Positions 35,169 through 45,027 of a DNA stretch of 64,000 nucleotides are shown piece by piece. A program made the position numbers and the translations under genes. The stretch's first letter is position 1; each line of letters starts with the position of its first letter. Origin of the DNA: Candidatus Methylomirabilia bacterium (GTDB lineage: Bacteria > Methylomirabilota > Methylomirabilia > Rokubacteriales > CSP1-6); assembly GCA_041496385.1 (NCBI GenBank), contig JBGQEL010000009.1, positions 19,265-83,264 of the forward strand, in the 5' to 3' direction. The notes below the pieces were generated by a model. It was not told the DNA's origin. It did not search any database and saw nothing but the letters and a program-made list of their open reading frames with translations.

Positions 35169-37504
35169 CCCTGGTCGGCCGCTCGCTCAAGCGGAAGGAG
35201 GACGCGCGCCTCCTCCGGGGCGGCGCCCGCTATCTCGACGACCTCGTGGTGCCGGGCATGCTGCACCTCGGCCTCGTGCGCAGCGCGCACGCGCACGCGC
35301 GTGTCCTGCGCGTGGACGCCGCGGTGGCGCGGCGCCGGCCGGGAGTCCTGGCCGTCCTGACGCTCGCCGATCTGCCGGCGCTCGCCGCGTCCGTGCCGCC
35401 GCTCATCCCCGAGGCGAAATTCCCGCCCTACCGGCACCCTGTGCTCGCGGGCGCCCGCGTGAGGCATGTCGGCGAGGCGCTCGCCGTGGTCGTCGCCGAC
35501 ACCGCGTATCGGGCGGCCGACGGGGTCGACGCCGTCAGGGTCGAGTACGAGCCGCTGCCGGCCGCCACGACCGTCGCCGAAGCGCTCCGGCCGGGTGCGC
35601 CGCGTGTTCACGACGCGTGGCCGAGCAACCTCTGCTCGCGGACGGTGAGCGGGTGCGGCGACGTCGACGCCGGGCTCGCGTCGGCCGAGGTCGTCGTCGA
35701 GGGGCGCTTCAGATACCCGCGGACCGCGGGCATGCCGATCGAGACGCGCGGCGTGCTGGCGGCCGGAGATCCGGCGACGGCGCGCCTGACGGTCTGGACG
35801 TCCACGCAGGTGCCGTTCGCCGTCCGGAGCGCTGTCGCGGACGTGCTCGGGCTCGCCGAGGAGCACGTGCGCGTGATCGTGCCCGAGGTGGGCGGAGGCT
35901 TCGGCGTCAAGGGCCACGTCTACCCGGAGGACATTCTCGTGCCGGCGGTGGCCCGGCACGTCGGCCGCCCCGTCAAGTGGACGGAGACCCGGCGCGAGCA
36001 CCTGATGACGGCCGGCGCGGATCGCGACCAGGAGCACCGGGCGCGTCTGGGGGTGCGGCGCGACGGGACGATCGTGGGCCTGGCGACGGAGTTCACGCGG
36101 GATCACGGCGCGGCACCGACGCTGGGCGAGGCGATCACGCTCAACACGATCAATCATCTTCCGGGGCCCTACCGCGTCCCGAACTACCGAGGCGTCGGCG
36201 ACAACGTGGTCACGCACAAGACGTTCGCCGCGGCGTACCGCGGCGCCGGCCGCCCGGAGGCCGCGTTCGTCCTCGATCGGCTGCTCGACCGCGCCGCGCG
36301 GCGGCTCGGCATGGATCCGGCCGAGCTGAGGCGCCGGAACATGATCCGGCCGGAGGAGATGCCGTTCGCCTCCGGCCTCACGTACCGGGACGGCGCGAGC
36401 ATCGTCTACGACCCGGCGGATTACGTCACGGCCTTCGAGCGGATGCTCGAGCGATTGGGCTACGCCGCGTGGCGCAAGAAGCAGGCGCGCCGGCGCGACG
36501 GTCTCCGGCCGCTCGGCATCGGGCTGTCCGCCTACGTCGAGGGCACGGGCCTCGGGCCGTTCGAGGGCGCCGACGTGACCGTCGATCCGTCGGGCACGGT
36601 CTTCGTCCACATCGGCGTCTCGGCGCAGGGCCAGGGACACGAGACGAGCCTCGCGCAGGTCTGCGCCGCCCAGCTCGGCGTCGGTCTGGACGACGTCGTC
36701 GTTCTCGGCGGCGACACGCAGTCCGTCGGCTACGGCATGGGGACGATCGCCAGCCGGGTGGCCGCCGTCGCGGGGCCCGCCGTGGCGCGGGCGGCGTCCG
36801 AGGTCGCCGCGAAGGCCAGGCTCGTCGCGGCGGACCTCCTCGAGTGTGCCGCGGAGGATCTCCTGCTGGCCGCGGGGCGCGTCCAGGTGAAGGGCATGCC
36901 CGATCGGAGCCTGAGGCTGGCCGAGGTCGCGCGCGCCGCGGTCAGGAGCCGCGCGCTCTCACGCACCTCCGGCCCCGGCCTCAACGCCTGCGCGTTCTTC
37001 TATCCCGACACCGTGACGTGGGCGTTCGGGGTGCAGGGCGTCGTCCTCGAGGTGGACGTCGAGGCGTGCACGGTGCGATTGCTCCGGCACGTGGCGCTGC
37101 ACGACTGCGGGACCCCGATCAACCCGATGATCGTCGAGGGCCAGCTCCACGGCGGCATGGTCCAGGGGATCGGGAGCGCGCTCCTCGAGTCGCTCGTGTT
37201 CGACGAGGCCGGTCAGCTCCTGACGGGAACCCTCATGGAGTACGCGCTACCGCGCGCCACGGACGTGCCCGCGCTCGAGGTCGATCACCTGAACTTTCCG
37301 TCGCCCGTGAATCCGCTCGGCATCAAGGGCGTCGGCGAGAGCGGGATCATCTCACCCGCGGCGGCCATCGCCAACGCCGTCGAGGACGCGCTCGCGCCGT
37401 GGGGCGTCCTGGTGGGCGAGGTGCCGCTGACCGGCGCGCGGATCTTCGAGCTGCTCCGAACCGCGCGCCGGTCCTCCGGCGGTCAGGCCTTGTCGACCAT
37501 GTAG
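35165..37504 (+). CDS. xanthine dehydrogenase/CoxL-family molybdopterin-binding subunit (form II-like)
   Basis: RKEDARLL.G...Y.DD, VGGGFG.K, AYRGAGRPE, QGQGHET, GIKGVGE. Confidence 0.93.
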   Translation: MTLVGRSLKRKEDARLLRGGARYLDDLVVPGMLHLGLVRSAHAHARVLRVDAAVARRRPGVLAVLTLADLPALAASVPPLIPEAKFPPYRHPVLAGARVRHVGEALAVVVADTAYRAADGVDAVRVEYEPLPAATTVAEALRPGAPRVHDAWPSNLCSRTVSGCGDVDAGLASAEVVVEGRFRYPRTAGMPIETRGVLAAGDPATARLTVWTSTQVPFAVRSAVADVLGLAEEHVRVIVPEVGGGFGVKGHVYPEDILVPAVARHVGRPVKWTETRREHLMTAGADRDQEHRARLGVRRDGTIVGLATEFTRDHGAAPTLGEAITLNTINHLPGPYRVPNYRGVGDNVVTHKTFAAAYRGAGRPEAAFVLDRLLDRAARRLGMDPAELRRRNMIRPEEMPFASGLTYRDGASIVYDPADYVTAFERMLERLGYAAWRKKQARRRDGLRPLGIGLSAYVEGTGLGPFEGADVTVDPSGTVFVHIGVSAQGQGHETSLAQVCAAQLGVGLDDVVVLGGDTQSVGYGMGTIASRVAAVAGPAVARAASEVAAKARLVAADLLECAAEDLLLAAGRVQVKGMPDRSLRLAEVARAAVRSRALSRTSGPGLNACAFFYPDTVTWAFGVQGVVLEVDVEACTVRLLRHVALHDCGTPINPMIVEGQLHGGMVQGIGSALLESLVFDEAGQLLTGTLMEYALPRATDVPALEVDHLNFPSPVNPLGIKGVGESGIISPAAAIANAVEDALAPWGVLVGEVPLTGARIFELLRTARRSSGGQALSTM

Positions 37505-39219
37505 ACGTGCGGCAGCATGTCCACGTAGATGTTGCCGTCCACGACGTACTCGCCCTGGCGGTTCTTCTCGAGGCCCCGGACGCTCGACTTCGCGGCAGCG
37601 TAGCGCACGACCCACGCCACCGGGACGTAGCCGCCGTCCGCCTGCATGAGCTCTTCGGCCTTGGCGTAGTGCGTCATTCGCTTCTTCACGTCGCGCGTGT
37701 CGCGGCCTTGCTCCAGTTCCTTGTCGAACGCGTCGTTGACCCACGCCTGGCGCTTCCCGGAGGTCTTCTTGCCGTAGAAGGTGTCGAAGTACTCGTTGTG
37801 CGGGTCGGGGTAGTCCATGAACCAGCGGATCCAGACGAACTGGAGATCGTGTTTCCAGAGTCGCTCCCGGAACACGCGCTGCTCCAGGACCTCGAGGTCG
37901 GTCTTCATGTTGAGGTGCTCGAGGAGGACCGCCTGGACGGCCTCGGCGAGGGGCTTCGAGCCATAGGCCTCGTCGCGCATGGACAGCACGATCTTCGGCC
38001 AGTTCCTGCCGCCCTCGTAGGGCGTGCCCTTGAGCATGGCCACCGCGGCCTTCGGGTCGAACGCCTGGATGGCCTTGATCTTCGGGTCGTCGGTCGCGCC
38101 CGGAAAGCCCGGCGGGATCATGGAGTGGGCCGGGATGGCGAAGCCCTGCGCGACCTTGATGACGTTGGCGCGGTCGATCGCGTGGCCGACGGCGCGGCGG
38201 ACCTTGACGTTGTCGAAGGGCGGCTTCGTCACTTGGGGCGTGAGGTACCAGGTGCCCGGGAACGGGTAGCGGAAGACCTCCTCGACGGTCTTCGGATTCG
38301 ACTGCAGGCGCTTGAGGTCGCCGGTCCCGAGGGACGTCATGTCGAGCTCGTTGTTCTCGTAGGGGAGTGCGCCCGACGCCCCGGGGATGATCGGAATCGT
38401 CACGCGGTCGAGCGTGACGTCCTTGGCGCCGAAGAAGTGCTTGTTCTTCCGCAGCACCATGACCTTGTTGTGCTCCCAGGTCTCGAGGACGAAGGGGCCG
38501 TTGCAGACGAGGTTGCCGGCCTCCGTCCACTTGTCGCCGTACTTCTCGACCGACCCCTTGTGCGCGGGCAACGCCGCGAGATAGGCGGAGAGGACCGGGA
38601 AGTAGCCGCGCGGTCCCTCGAGCGTCACCTCGAGGGTCCAGTCGTCCTTGGCGACCACGCCGACCTGAGAGGCGTCGGGCGCCTGCTTCTTGTTGAAGGC
38701 CTCGGCGCCCTTGATGTCGTAGAAATAGCTCGAGTACGGGTTGGCGCTCGCAGGGTCCATCTGCCGCTTCCAGGACCACTCGAAGTCACGGGCCGAGCAC
38801 GGGGAGCCGTCCGAGAACTTCGAGTCTTTTCGGATCGCGAAGGTCCACAGCGAGCCGTCCTTGTTGGCCGTCACCTTCTCGGCGACATGCAGCACCGGCT
38901 GGAAGTCGGCGTTGAACTTCATGAGCCCGGCCCAGAGCTCCGAGACGCCCGAACAGTAGAGGTCCTTGTTGAAGTCGTGGCTCGACGGGTCGTTCTGGTA
39001 CCAGCCGCCCCCGCCGTAGCGGAAGTGCTGGTCCTTCGCGAGCTTCTCGCCGGGCCGGAGCTTCGGGGCCGCGGCGGCGGGCCGGGCATTGAAGCCGGCC
39101 GCGCCCATGGCGGTGAGGCCCGCGGCGACCTTCAGGAAGTCGCGCCGGCCCACGCCGACGGCGGCGAGCCGCTCCGCGAGCAGGTCCAGCTGCGCGTCTG
39201 GAATTCGGGGAATCTTCAT
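37483..39219 (-). CDS. OppA-like ABC substrate-binding protein with Tat signal
   Basis: GRRDFLK twin-arginine motif, KFSDGSP, NGPF.L..W. Confidence 0.92.
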   Translation of the reverse strand: MKIPRIPDAQLDLLAERLAAVGVGRRDFLKVAAGLTAMGAAGFNARPAAAAPKLRPGEKLAKDQHFRYGGGGWYQNDPSSHDFNKDLYCSGVSELWAGLMKFNADFQPVLHVAEKVTANKDGSLWTFAIRKDSKFSDGSPCSARDFEWSWKRQMDPASANPYSSYFYDIKGAEAFNKKQAPDASQVGVVAKDDWTLEVTLEGPRGYFPVLSAYLAALPAHKGSVEKYGDKWTEAGNLVCNGPFVLETWEHNKVMVLRKNKHFFGAKDVTLDRVTIPIIPGASGALPYENNELDMTSLGTGDLKRLQSNPKTVEEVFRYPFPGTWYLTPQVTKPPFDNVKVRRAVGHAIDRANVIKVAQGFAIPAHSMIPPGFPGATDDPKIKAIQAFDPKAAVAMLKGTPYEGGRNWPKIVLSMRDEAYGSKPLAEAVQAVLLEHLNMKTDLEVLEQRVFRERLWKHDLQFVWIRWFMDYPDPHNEYFDTFYGKKTSGKRQAWVNDAFDKELEQGRDTRDVKKRMTHYAKAEELMQADGGYVPVAWVVRYAAAKSSVRGLEKNRQGEYVVDGNIYVDMLPHVYMVDKA

Positions 39220-39289
39220 CTGTCTCCTCCTTTTCGAGCCATTTCACCGCTCGGCTGACCGCCCGAGGGCGGCTCGCCTCGCACTGCCA

Positions 39290-40204
39290 TTACTTCATCT
39301 TCGGGTCGAGCGCGTCGCGGACGCCGTCGCCGAAGAACGTGAACGAGAGCATCGTGATCGCGATCGCGATGGACGGAAAGACGCAGAGGTGCCAGTAGGA
39401 GCGGATGTACTGCTGCCCCTCGCCGACCATCTGGCCCCACGAGGGCGTCGGCGGGTTGATCCCGACGCCGATGAACGAGAGCGCCGCTTCGGTGAAGATC
39501 GCCTCGGGGATCCCGAAGGTCACCGACACGACGATCGGCGTCAGCGCGTTCGGCAGCACGTGGCGCGTCAGGAGCCGGCCGAAGCCGACGCCCAGCGCGC
39601 GCGCGGCGTCGACGAACTCCTTCTCCTTGATCGCCAGGACCTGGGCGCGCGTCTGGCGCGCGATGCCCACCCAGCCGGTGAGGCCGATCGCGATGAAGAT
39701 GTTCAGGAGGCCCGCGCCCAGCATGGACATGACGAGGATGACGAAGAGCAGGCGTGGGAAGGCGTACATCACGTCGACGAAGCGGGTGAGGGCGAGGTCG
39801 ACGCGGCCGCCCAGGAAGCCCGAGAGCGCGCCGATGGGGACGCCGATCAGGACGACGATGACCTGGGCGCCGAGACCGACGAGCATCGAAACGCGGGCGC
39901 CGTAGATCATGCGCGAGAACATGTCGCGGCCGAGCGCGTCGGTGCCGAGCGGGTAGTCGTGCGAGGGGGGCTCGTTGAGGCGGCCGAAGTTGGTCTTGGT
40001 GTACGGGAGCGGCGCCAGGACGTCGGCGAAGATCGCGATCAGGCAGAGGAGGACGATGACGACCCCGCCGGCCATCGCGAGCCGGTTCCGGAGGAGGCGG
40101 CGGACCCCGTCGCGCCAGAGGCTCGTGCCGCGGACCGTGGGCCGGGCGGCCGCCGCGGCGAGCGCGCCGGCGTCAGTACCGGATGCGGGGGTCGAGAGCG
40201 CCAT
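39290..40204 (-). CDS. OppC-like ABC permease
   Basis: LGTDALGRD, EFVDAARALG, GDGVRDALDP. Confidence 0.95.
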   Translation of the reverse strand: MALSTPASGTDAGALAAAAARPTVRGTSLWRDGVRRLLRNRLAMAGGVVIVLLCLIAIFADVLAPLPYTKTNFGRLNEPPSHDYPLGTDALGRDMFSRMIYGARVSMLVGLGAQVIVVLIGVPIGALSGFLGGRVDLALTRFVDVMYAFPRLLFVILVMSMLGAGLLNIFIAIGLTGWVGIARQTRAQVLAIKEKEFVDAARALGVGFGRLLTRHVLPNALTPIVVSVTFGIPEAIFTEAALSFIGVGINPPTPSWGQMVGEGQQYIRSYWHLCVFPSIAIAITMLSFTFFGDGVRDALDPKMK

Positions 40205-41099
40205 AGAGGAGATCCACGACGAGGTTCATGACCGCGAGGAACGCGCCGTAGGTGAGGACGACCGCCATGATCATCGGATAGTCGCGGCCGGTCATCGACA
40301 GGACGAAGAACCGGCCCATCCCCGGCACCCGGAAGATCGATTCGACGAAGAACGATCCCGTCCCCACGGCGGCGAACATCGGGCCGAGCAGCGTGACCAC
40401 CGGGATGAAGGCGTTCTTCAGCGCGTGCTTGAAGATGACCGGGCGCTCACCGAGGCCCTTGGCGCGCGCGGTCAGCGTGTAGTCGGCGCGGATCACCTCG
40501 AGCATCGAGGCCCGCGTGAAGCGCGCGATGATCCCCATCGGCGCCAGCGCCAGCGTGACGGTCGGCAGCACCCAGTTTCGCGGCGAGTCCCAGCCGCCCG
40601 TCGGAAAGAGCGGGATGACGAAGGAGAACAGGATGATGAAGAACACCGCGAGCACGAAGTTCGGGATGGCCACGCCGACGGTCGCGAGGCTCACCGAGAC
40701 GTAGTCCCACATGCGATTCTGGTAGACGGCGGCGAGGATGCCGAGCGCGAGCCCGCCCGCGATCGCGAGCGCGAGCGCCATGCTCCCGAGGAGGAGGGAG
40801 ATGGGGAAGGTCTCGACGAGGATCTCCATGACGGTGCGCGTCTTGTAGACGAACGATTTGCCGAAGTCGCCGCGAACCGCCTTGCCGAGGAAGATCAGGA
40901 ACTGCTGCGGCAGCGGCTTGTCGAGGCCGTAGATCGCGGCGAGGTTCTTCTGCGCCTCCGGCGAGAGCGGATTGGCGCCCTCGGCCACGGGATCGAGCGG
41001 GCTCCCCGGCGTCGCGTGCATGACCAGGAACGTCACGAGCGCCATCGCGCCGATGGTCGGCACGAGCCACAGGACGCGTGAGGCGATGTATTGGAGCAA
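40173..41099 (-). CDS. OppB-like ABC permease
   Basis: PGSP, YGLDKP, TARAKGL, RDYP, LDPRI. Confidence 0.95.
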   Translation of the reverse strand: MLQYIASRVLWLVPTIGAMALVTFLVMHATPGSPLDPVAEGANPLSPEAQKNLAAIYGLDKPLPQQFLIFLGKAVRGDFGKSFVYKTRTVMEILVETFPISLLLGSMALALAIAGGLALGILAAVYQNRMWDYVSVSLATVGVAIPNFVLAVFFIILFSFVIPLFPTGGWDSPRNWVLPTVTLALAPMGIIARFTRASMLEVIRADYTLTARAKGLGERPVIFKHALKNAFIPVVTLLGPMFAAVGTGSFFVESIFRVPGMGRFFVLSMTGRDYPMIMAVVLTYGAFLAVMNLVVDLLYGALDPRIRY

Positions 41100-41226
41100 C
41101 CGCTACCTCCGAGGACCCGGTCACGGACGACGGGTGACCTACTATTCGGCCAAGCGTGGGCCGAGTCAAGGGGGTGGGTGATTATCCCATCCGGTTGATT
41201 TTCCGAGGGCTTACGGTTAGGGTTAA

Positions 41227-41685
<459 letters not shown>

Positions 41686-41694
41686 ACGGTTCGC

Positions 41695-41786
41695 GGAGGG
41701 GTGGCCGAGCCCGGTTGAAGGCGTCCGACTCGAAATCGGATAGGGGCGCAAGTCCCTCGGGGGTTCAAATCCTCTCCCCTCCGCCA
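41695..41786 (+). tRNA. tRNA-Ser (CGA)
   Basis: TCCGA-ctCGAaa-TCGGA, long variable arm, CCA. Confidence 0.95.
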
Positions 41787-41828
41787 ATACAACCTCCGCC
41801 GATGCAACAATAGTCGCGATGACATCGA

Positions 41829-41921
41829 GGAGGGGTGACCGAGCGGCCGAAGGTGCGGCACTGGAAATGCCGTGCACGGGTAACCCCTGTGCCGCGGGTT
41901 CAAATCCCGCCCCCTCCGCCA
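41829..41921 (+). tRNA. tRNA-Ser (GGA)
   Basis: CGGCA-ctGGAaa-TGCCG, long variable arm, CCA. Confidence 0.95.
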
Positions 41922-41933
41922 TTGATCTCCGGT

Positions 41934-42206
41934 GTGACCGTGCTAGACGGGGAGTTAGCGGTGCCCTGTAACCCGCAACCCGCTTCAGCGGGGTCGAATT
42001 CCCTTTCGAGGGCGGCCTGTGTTGAGTGAGCCTCACGGCGCGGCGTCGAAGGTTGGGCCCCACGCAACGAGATTCGTCGAACTCCGCCAGGCCCGGAAGG
42101 GAGCAACGGTAAGGCGACCCTCTCGTGTGCCGTGGGAGTACCTGACCGGAGCTGGCGTCGGGGGGAGTTCGCAGTACGGGTCGTTCGAAGGAGGGTGCAC
42201 GGTCAC
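41934..42206 (+). ncRNA. ffs: large (Alu-domain) signal recognition particle RNA
   Basis: Helix 8 CAGGCCCGGAAGGGAGCA; 5' Alu-like CCGTGCTAGACGGGGAGTTAGCGGTGCCCTGTA resembling Bacillus scRNA; complementary ends GTGACCGTGC/GCACGGTCAC; tadA-scr-dnaX context. Confidence 0.92.
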
Positions 42207-43922
42207 TTGAACTACCAGGTTCTCGCGCGCAAGTGGCGGCCGCAGACGTTCGACGCGGTCGTCGGACAGGACGCGATCACGCGGACGCTCCGGAACGCGC
42301 TCGCGTCCGGCCGCATCGCCCACGCCTATCTCTTCGCCGGCCCGCGCGGCGTGGGCAAGACCACGACGGCGCGCCTCCTCGCGAAGGCGCTGCTCTGTCC
42401 CGAGCGGAAGGGTCCCGAGCCCTGCGGCGCCTGCTCGGTGTGCCGCGAGGCGCAGGCGGGCACGCTCGTGGACGTGATCGAGATCGACGGCGCCTCGAAC
42501 CGCGGGATCGAGGAGATCCGGACGCTGCGCGAGAACGTCAAGTACGCCCCGGCGCGCGGGCGCTACAAGGTCTACATCATCGACGAGGTCCACCAGCTCA
42601 CCGAGGCCGCCTTCAACGCGCTGCTGAAGACGCTCGAGGAGCCGCCGCCGCACGTCGTCTTCGTGCTGGCGACCACGGACCCGCGCGACATTCCGGCGAC
42701 GGTTCTCTCGCGCGTGCAGCGCTTCGACTTCCGGCCGATCGCGCCGGACCAGCTCCTCACCTCGCTCGAGCACATCCTGGGTGAGGAGAAGATCCCGTTC
42801 GAAGCCGCCGCGCTGCCGGTCATCGTCCGCGCGGCGGAGGGCTCGCTCCGCGACGCGCTCTCGCTGCTCGACACGGCGATCGCTTACGGCGAGGGCCGCC
42901 TCGAGGCGGACCCGGTCGCGCAGCTCCTCGGGGCCACCGCGCCCGCCGCCGTCGCGGCGTTCGGCGCGGCGCTGATCGCGCACGACACATCCGCCGCGCT
43001 CGAGACCGTCGACCGCACGGCGCGCGAGGGCGAGGACCTCCAGGCCTTCACGCGCGACGTCGTCGAGCTGCTGCGGCGGGCGCTGGTCCTGAAGGCCGCG
43101 CAGACGGCGAAGCTGGCGGACCTGACCCACGCCGAGGGGAACGCGCTCAGGAAGCTCGGCGAGGCGGTGTCGCTCGACGAGATCCTCTACGTGCTGCGCG
43201 CGTTTCTCGAGGCCGACGCGCTCATGCGCGAGTCGCCGCACCCGCGCGTCGAGCTCGAGATCGCGACCGTGCGCGCCACGCGCCGGCCCGTGCCGCAGGC
43301 GCTCAACGAGGTCCTCCGCCGCGTGGACGAGGTCCACGCCATGCTGCGCGGGCAGGCGATGGCCTCGGGCCCGGCGCCCGCGACCGCCCCGGCGCAGGCG
43401 AGCCTCCTGTCCGAGGCTGCGCCGCCGGCCGCGCGCGCGGCCGCCGAGCCGCGGCGGGTCCCGGCGTCACCGCCGCCGCCGCGCCCGGCGGAGCCGCTCA
43501 CCGCCGCGCCGGGGCCGCCGCCGGCCGCCGCGCCGGCGCCCGTCGCTCGTGCCGCACCAGCGGTGGACGCCGGCCTGGCGTCCTCGTGGGAACGCGTCGT
43601 GGACGAGGTCATGAAGAAGAAGCCGATGCTCGGCGCCATGCTCACCCAGGCCCAGCCGGCCGGCGTGAGCGACCGCGAGCTGACGATCATTCTGACGGGA
43701 AATCACTTTCACCGTGAGACGCTGGCGGACGGCGCGAACCGCGAGCTCATCGCGCAGGCGGTGCGGCGCTACGTGGCCGGGGCCGAGCGCATCAACGTGC
43801 AGACGGGCGGCGCCGGGCCCGGCGGCATCGCCGAGCATCCCGCGGTGCAGGCGGCGATCGCGGAATTCCAGGGCGAGGTGGTCGCGGTGCGGCCGCGCCA
43901 GCCGGAAGGAGACGGCCAGTGA
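42207..43922 (+). CDS. dnaX: DNA polymerase III gamma/tau subunit
   Basis: YQVLARKWRPQTF, GPRGVGKTT, EIDGASN, IIDEVH; TTG start. Confidence 0.97.
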   Translation: MNYQVLARKWRPQTFDAVVGQDAITRTLRNALASGRIAHAYLFAGPRGVGKTTTARLLAKALLCPERKGPEPCGACSVCREAQAGTLVDVIEIDGASNRGIEEIRTLRENVKYAPARGRYKVYIIDEVHQLTEAAFNALLKTLEEPPPHVVFVLATTDPRDIPATVLSRVQRFDFRPIAPDQLLTSLEHILGEEKIPFEAAALPVIVRAAEGSLRDALSLLDTAIAYGEGRLEADPVAQLLGATAPAAVAAFGAALIAHDTSAALETVDRTAREGEDLQAFTRDVVELLRRALVLKAAQTAKLADLTHAEGNALRKLGEAVSLDEILYVLRAFLEADALMRESPHPRVELEIATVRATRRPVPQALNEVLRRVDEVHAMLRGQAMASGPAPATAPAQASLLSEAAPPAARAAAEPRRVPASPPPPRPAEPLTAAPGPPPAAAPAPVARAAPAVDAGLASSWERVVDEVMKKKPMLGAMLTQAQPAGVSDRELTIILTGNHFHRETLADGANRELIAQAVRRYVAGAERINVQTGGAGPGGIAEHPAVQAAIAEFQGEVVAVRPRQPEGDGQ

Positions 43923-44233
43923 AGGGATTCGGCAACATCATGAAGGAAGCGCAGAAGCTGCAGCAGCAGATGGCCGCCATGCAGGAGGAGATCGGCAAGC
44001 GGAAGGTCGAGGCCACCGCGGGCGGCGGCATGGTGACGGTCGAGGCCAACGGCAAGCAGGAGATTCTCTCGATCAAGATCGATCCCGAGGTCGTCAGCAA
44101 GGACGACGTCCAGATGCTCGAAGACCTCGTGATCGCGGCCTGCAACGAGGCGCTCCGGAAGTCGCGCGAGCTCGTGCAGCAGGAGCTCGGCAAGCTGACC
44201 GGGGGCATGAAGATCCCCGGCCTCGGGATGTAG
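43919..44233 (+). CDS. ybaB: YbaB/EbfC nucleoid-associated protein
   Basis: MKEAQKLQ, AGGGMV.V..NG, LEDLV.AA.N; dnaX-ybaB-recR synteny. Confidence 0.95.
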   Translation: MKGFGNIMKEAQKLQQQMAAMQEEIGKRKVEATAGGGMVTVEANGKQEILSIKIDPEVVSKDDVQMLEDLVIAACNEALRKSRELVQQELGKLTGGMKIPGLGM

Positions 44234-44245
44234 CGCGGAGCGCCG

Positions 44246-44848
44246 TTGGCGTACTACCCGGAACCCGTCGCGCGGCTGATCGAAGCGCTCCAGCGGCTTC
44301 CCGGCATCGGCCCGAAGACAGCGCAGCGCCTCACCTTCTTTCTTCTCAAGCGCCCCGCCGGCGAGGTCCGCGAGCTCTCCGAGTCGCTCATCGCCGTGAA
44401 GGACCGGATCGTCTACTGCCGGACGTGCTTCAACGTCACCGACGAGGAGCCCTGCCGCCTCTGCGCCGATCCGGGCCGCGACACGCGGCTCCTCTGCGTC
44501 GTCGAGGAGCCGAACGACCTGCTCGCGATGGAGCGGACCGGCGAGTACCGCGGCTGCTACCACGTCCTCCTCGGCGCGCTCTCGCCGCTCGACGGCATCG
44601 GTCCGGACGACCTCAAGGTGCGGGAGTTGCTGGCGCGGATCGAGGCCGGCGCGGTGGACGAGGTGATCCTGGCGACGAACCCCAACGTGGAGGGCGAGGC
44701 GACGGCGCTCTACCTCGCCAAGCTCCTGCGCCCCTTCGGGATGCGCGTGACGCGGATCGCGCGCGGCCTGCCCGTCGGCGGCGACCTCGAGTACGCCGAC
44801 CAGGTGACGCTCTCCAAGGCGTTGGAAGGCCGGCGCGAGATCAGCTAG
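44246..44848 (+). CDS. recR: recombination mediator RecR
   Basis: [12 protein letters not shown]4 zinc finger, YHVL.G.LSP, EGEATA. Confidence 0.98.
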   Translation: MAYYPEPVARLIEALQRLPGIGPKTAQRLTFFLLKRPAGEVRELSESLIAVKDRIVYCRTCFNVTDEEPCRLCADPGRDTRLLCVVEEPNDLLAMERTGEYRGCYHVLLGALSPLDGIGPDDLKVRELLARIEAGAVDEVILATNPNVEGEATALYLAKLLRPFGMRVTRIARGLPVGGDLEYADQVTLSKALEGRREIS

Positions 44849-44882
44849 AATCGATCGTCGTTCGGCAGCTCGGCGCCGATAT

Positions 44883-44958
44883 TCCCCGGTAGCTCAGTTG
44901 GTAGAGCGCCTGACTGTTAATCAGGATGTCGCTGGTTCGAGTCCAGCCCGGGGAGCCA
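44883..44958 (+). tRNA. tRNA-Asn (GTT), integration target
   Basis: CCTGA-ctGTTaa-TCAGG, GTTCGAGTCC, CCA; 76 nt. Confidence 0.97.
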
Positions 44959-45006
44959 ACTACTTCAGACACTTCCATCGCCTTCCGTCTTTGGCATCGT
45001 GCGCCA

Positions 45007-45027
45007 GTGCTACTCACGGTGCTACTC
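45007..45027 (+). repeat. putative integrase arm-type sites (left)
   Basis: GTGCTACTC twice at 12-bp period; the same motif recurs at 55619-55651. Confidence 0.7.

Noticed and set aside
35165..37504. True aerobic CO dehydrogenase
   Set aside because: The active-site loop is AYRGAGR, not the form I AYxCSFR, and no coxM/coxS genes are adjacent.
43340..43580. Programmed frameshift in dnaX generating gamma
   Set aside because: No slippery A-run in the Pro/Ala linker.
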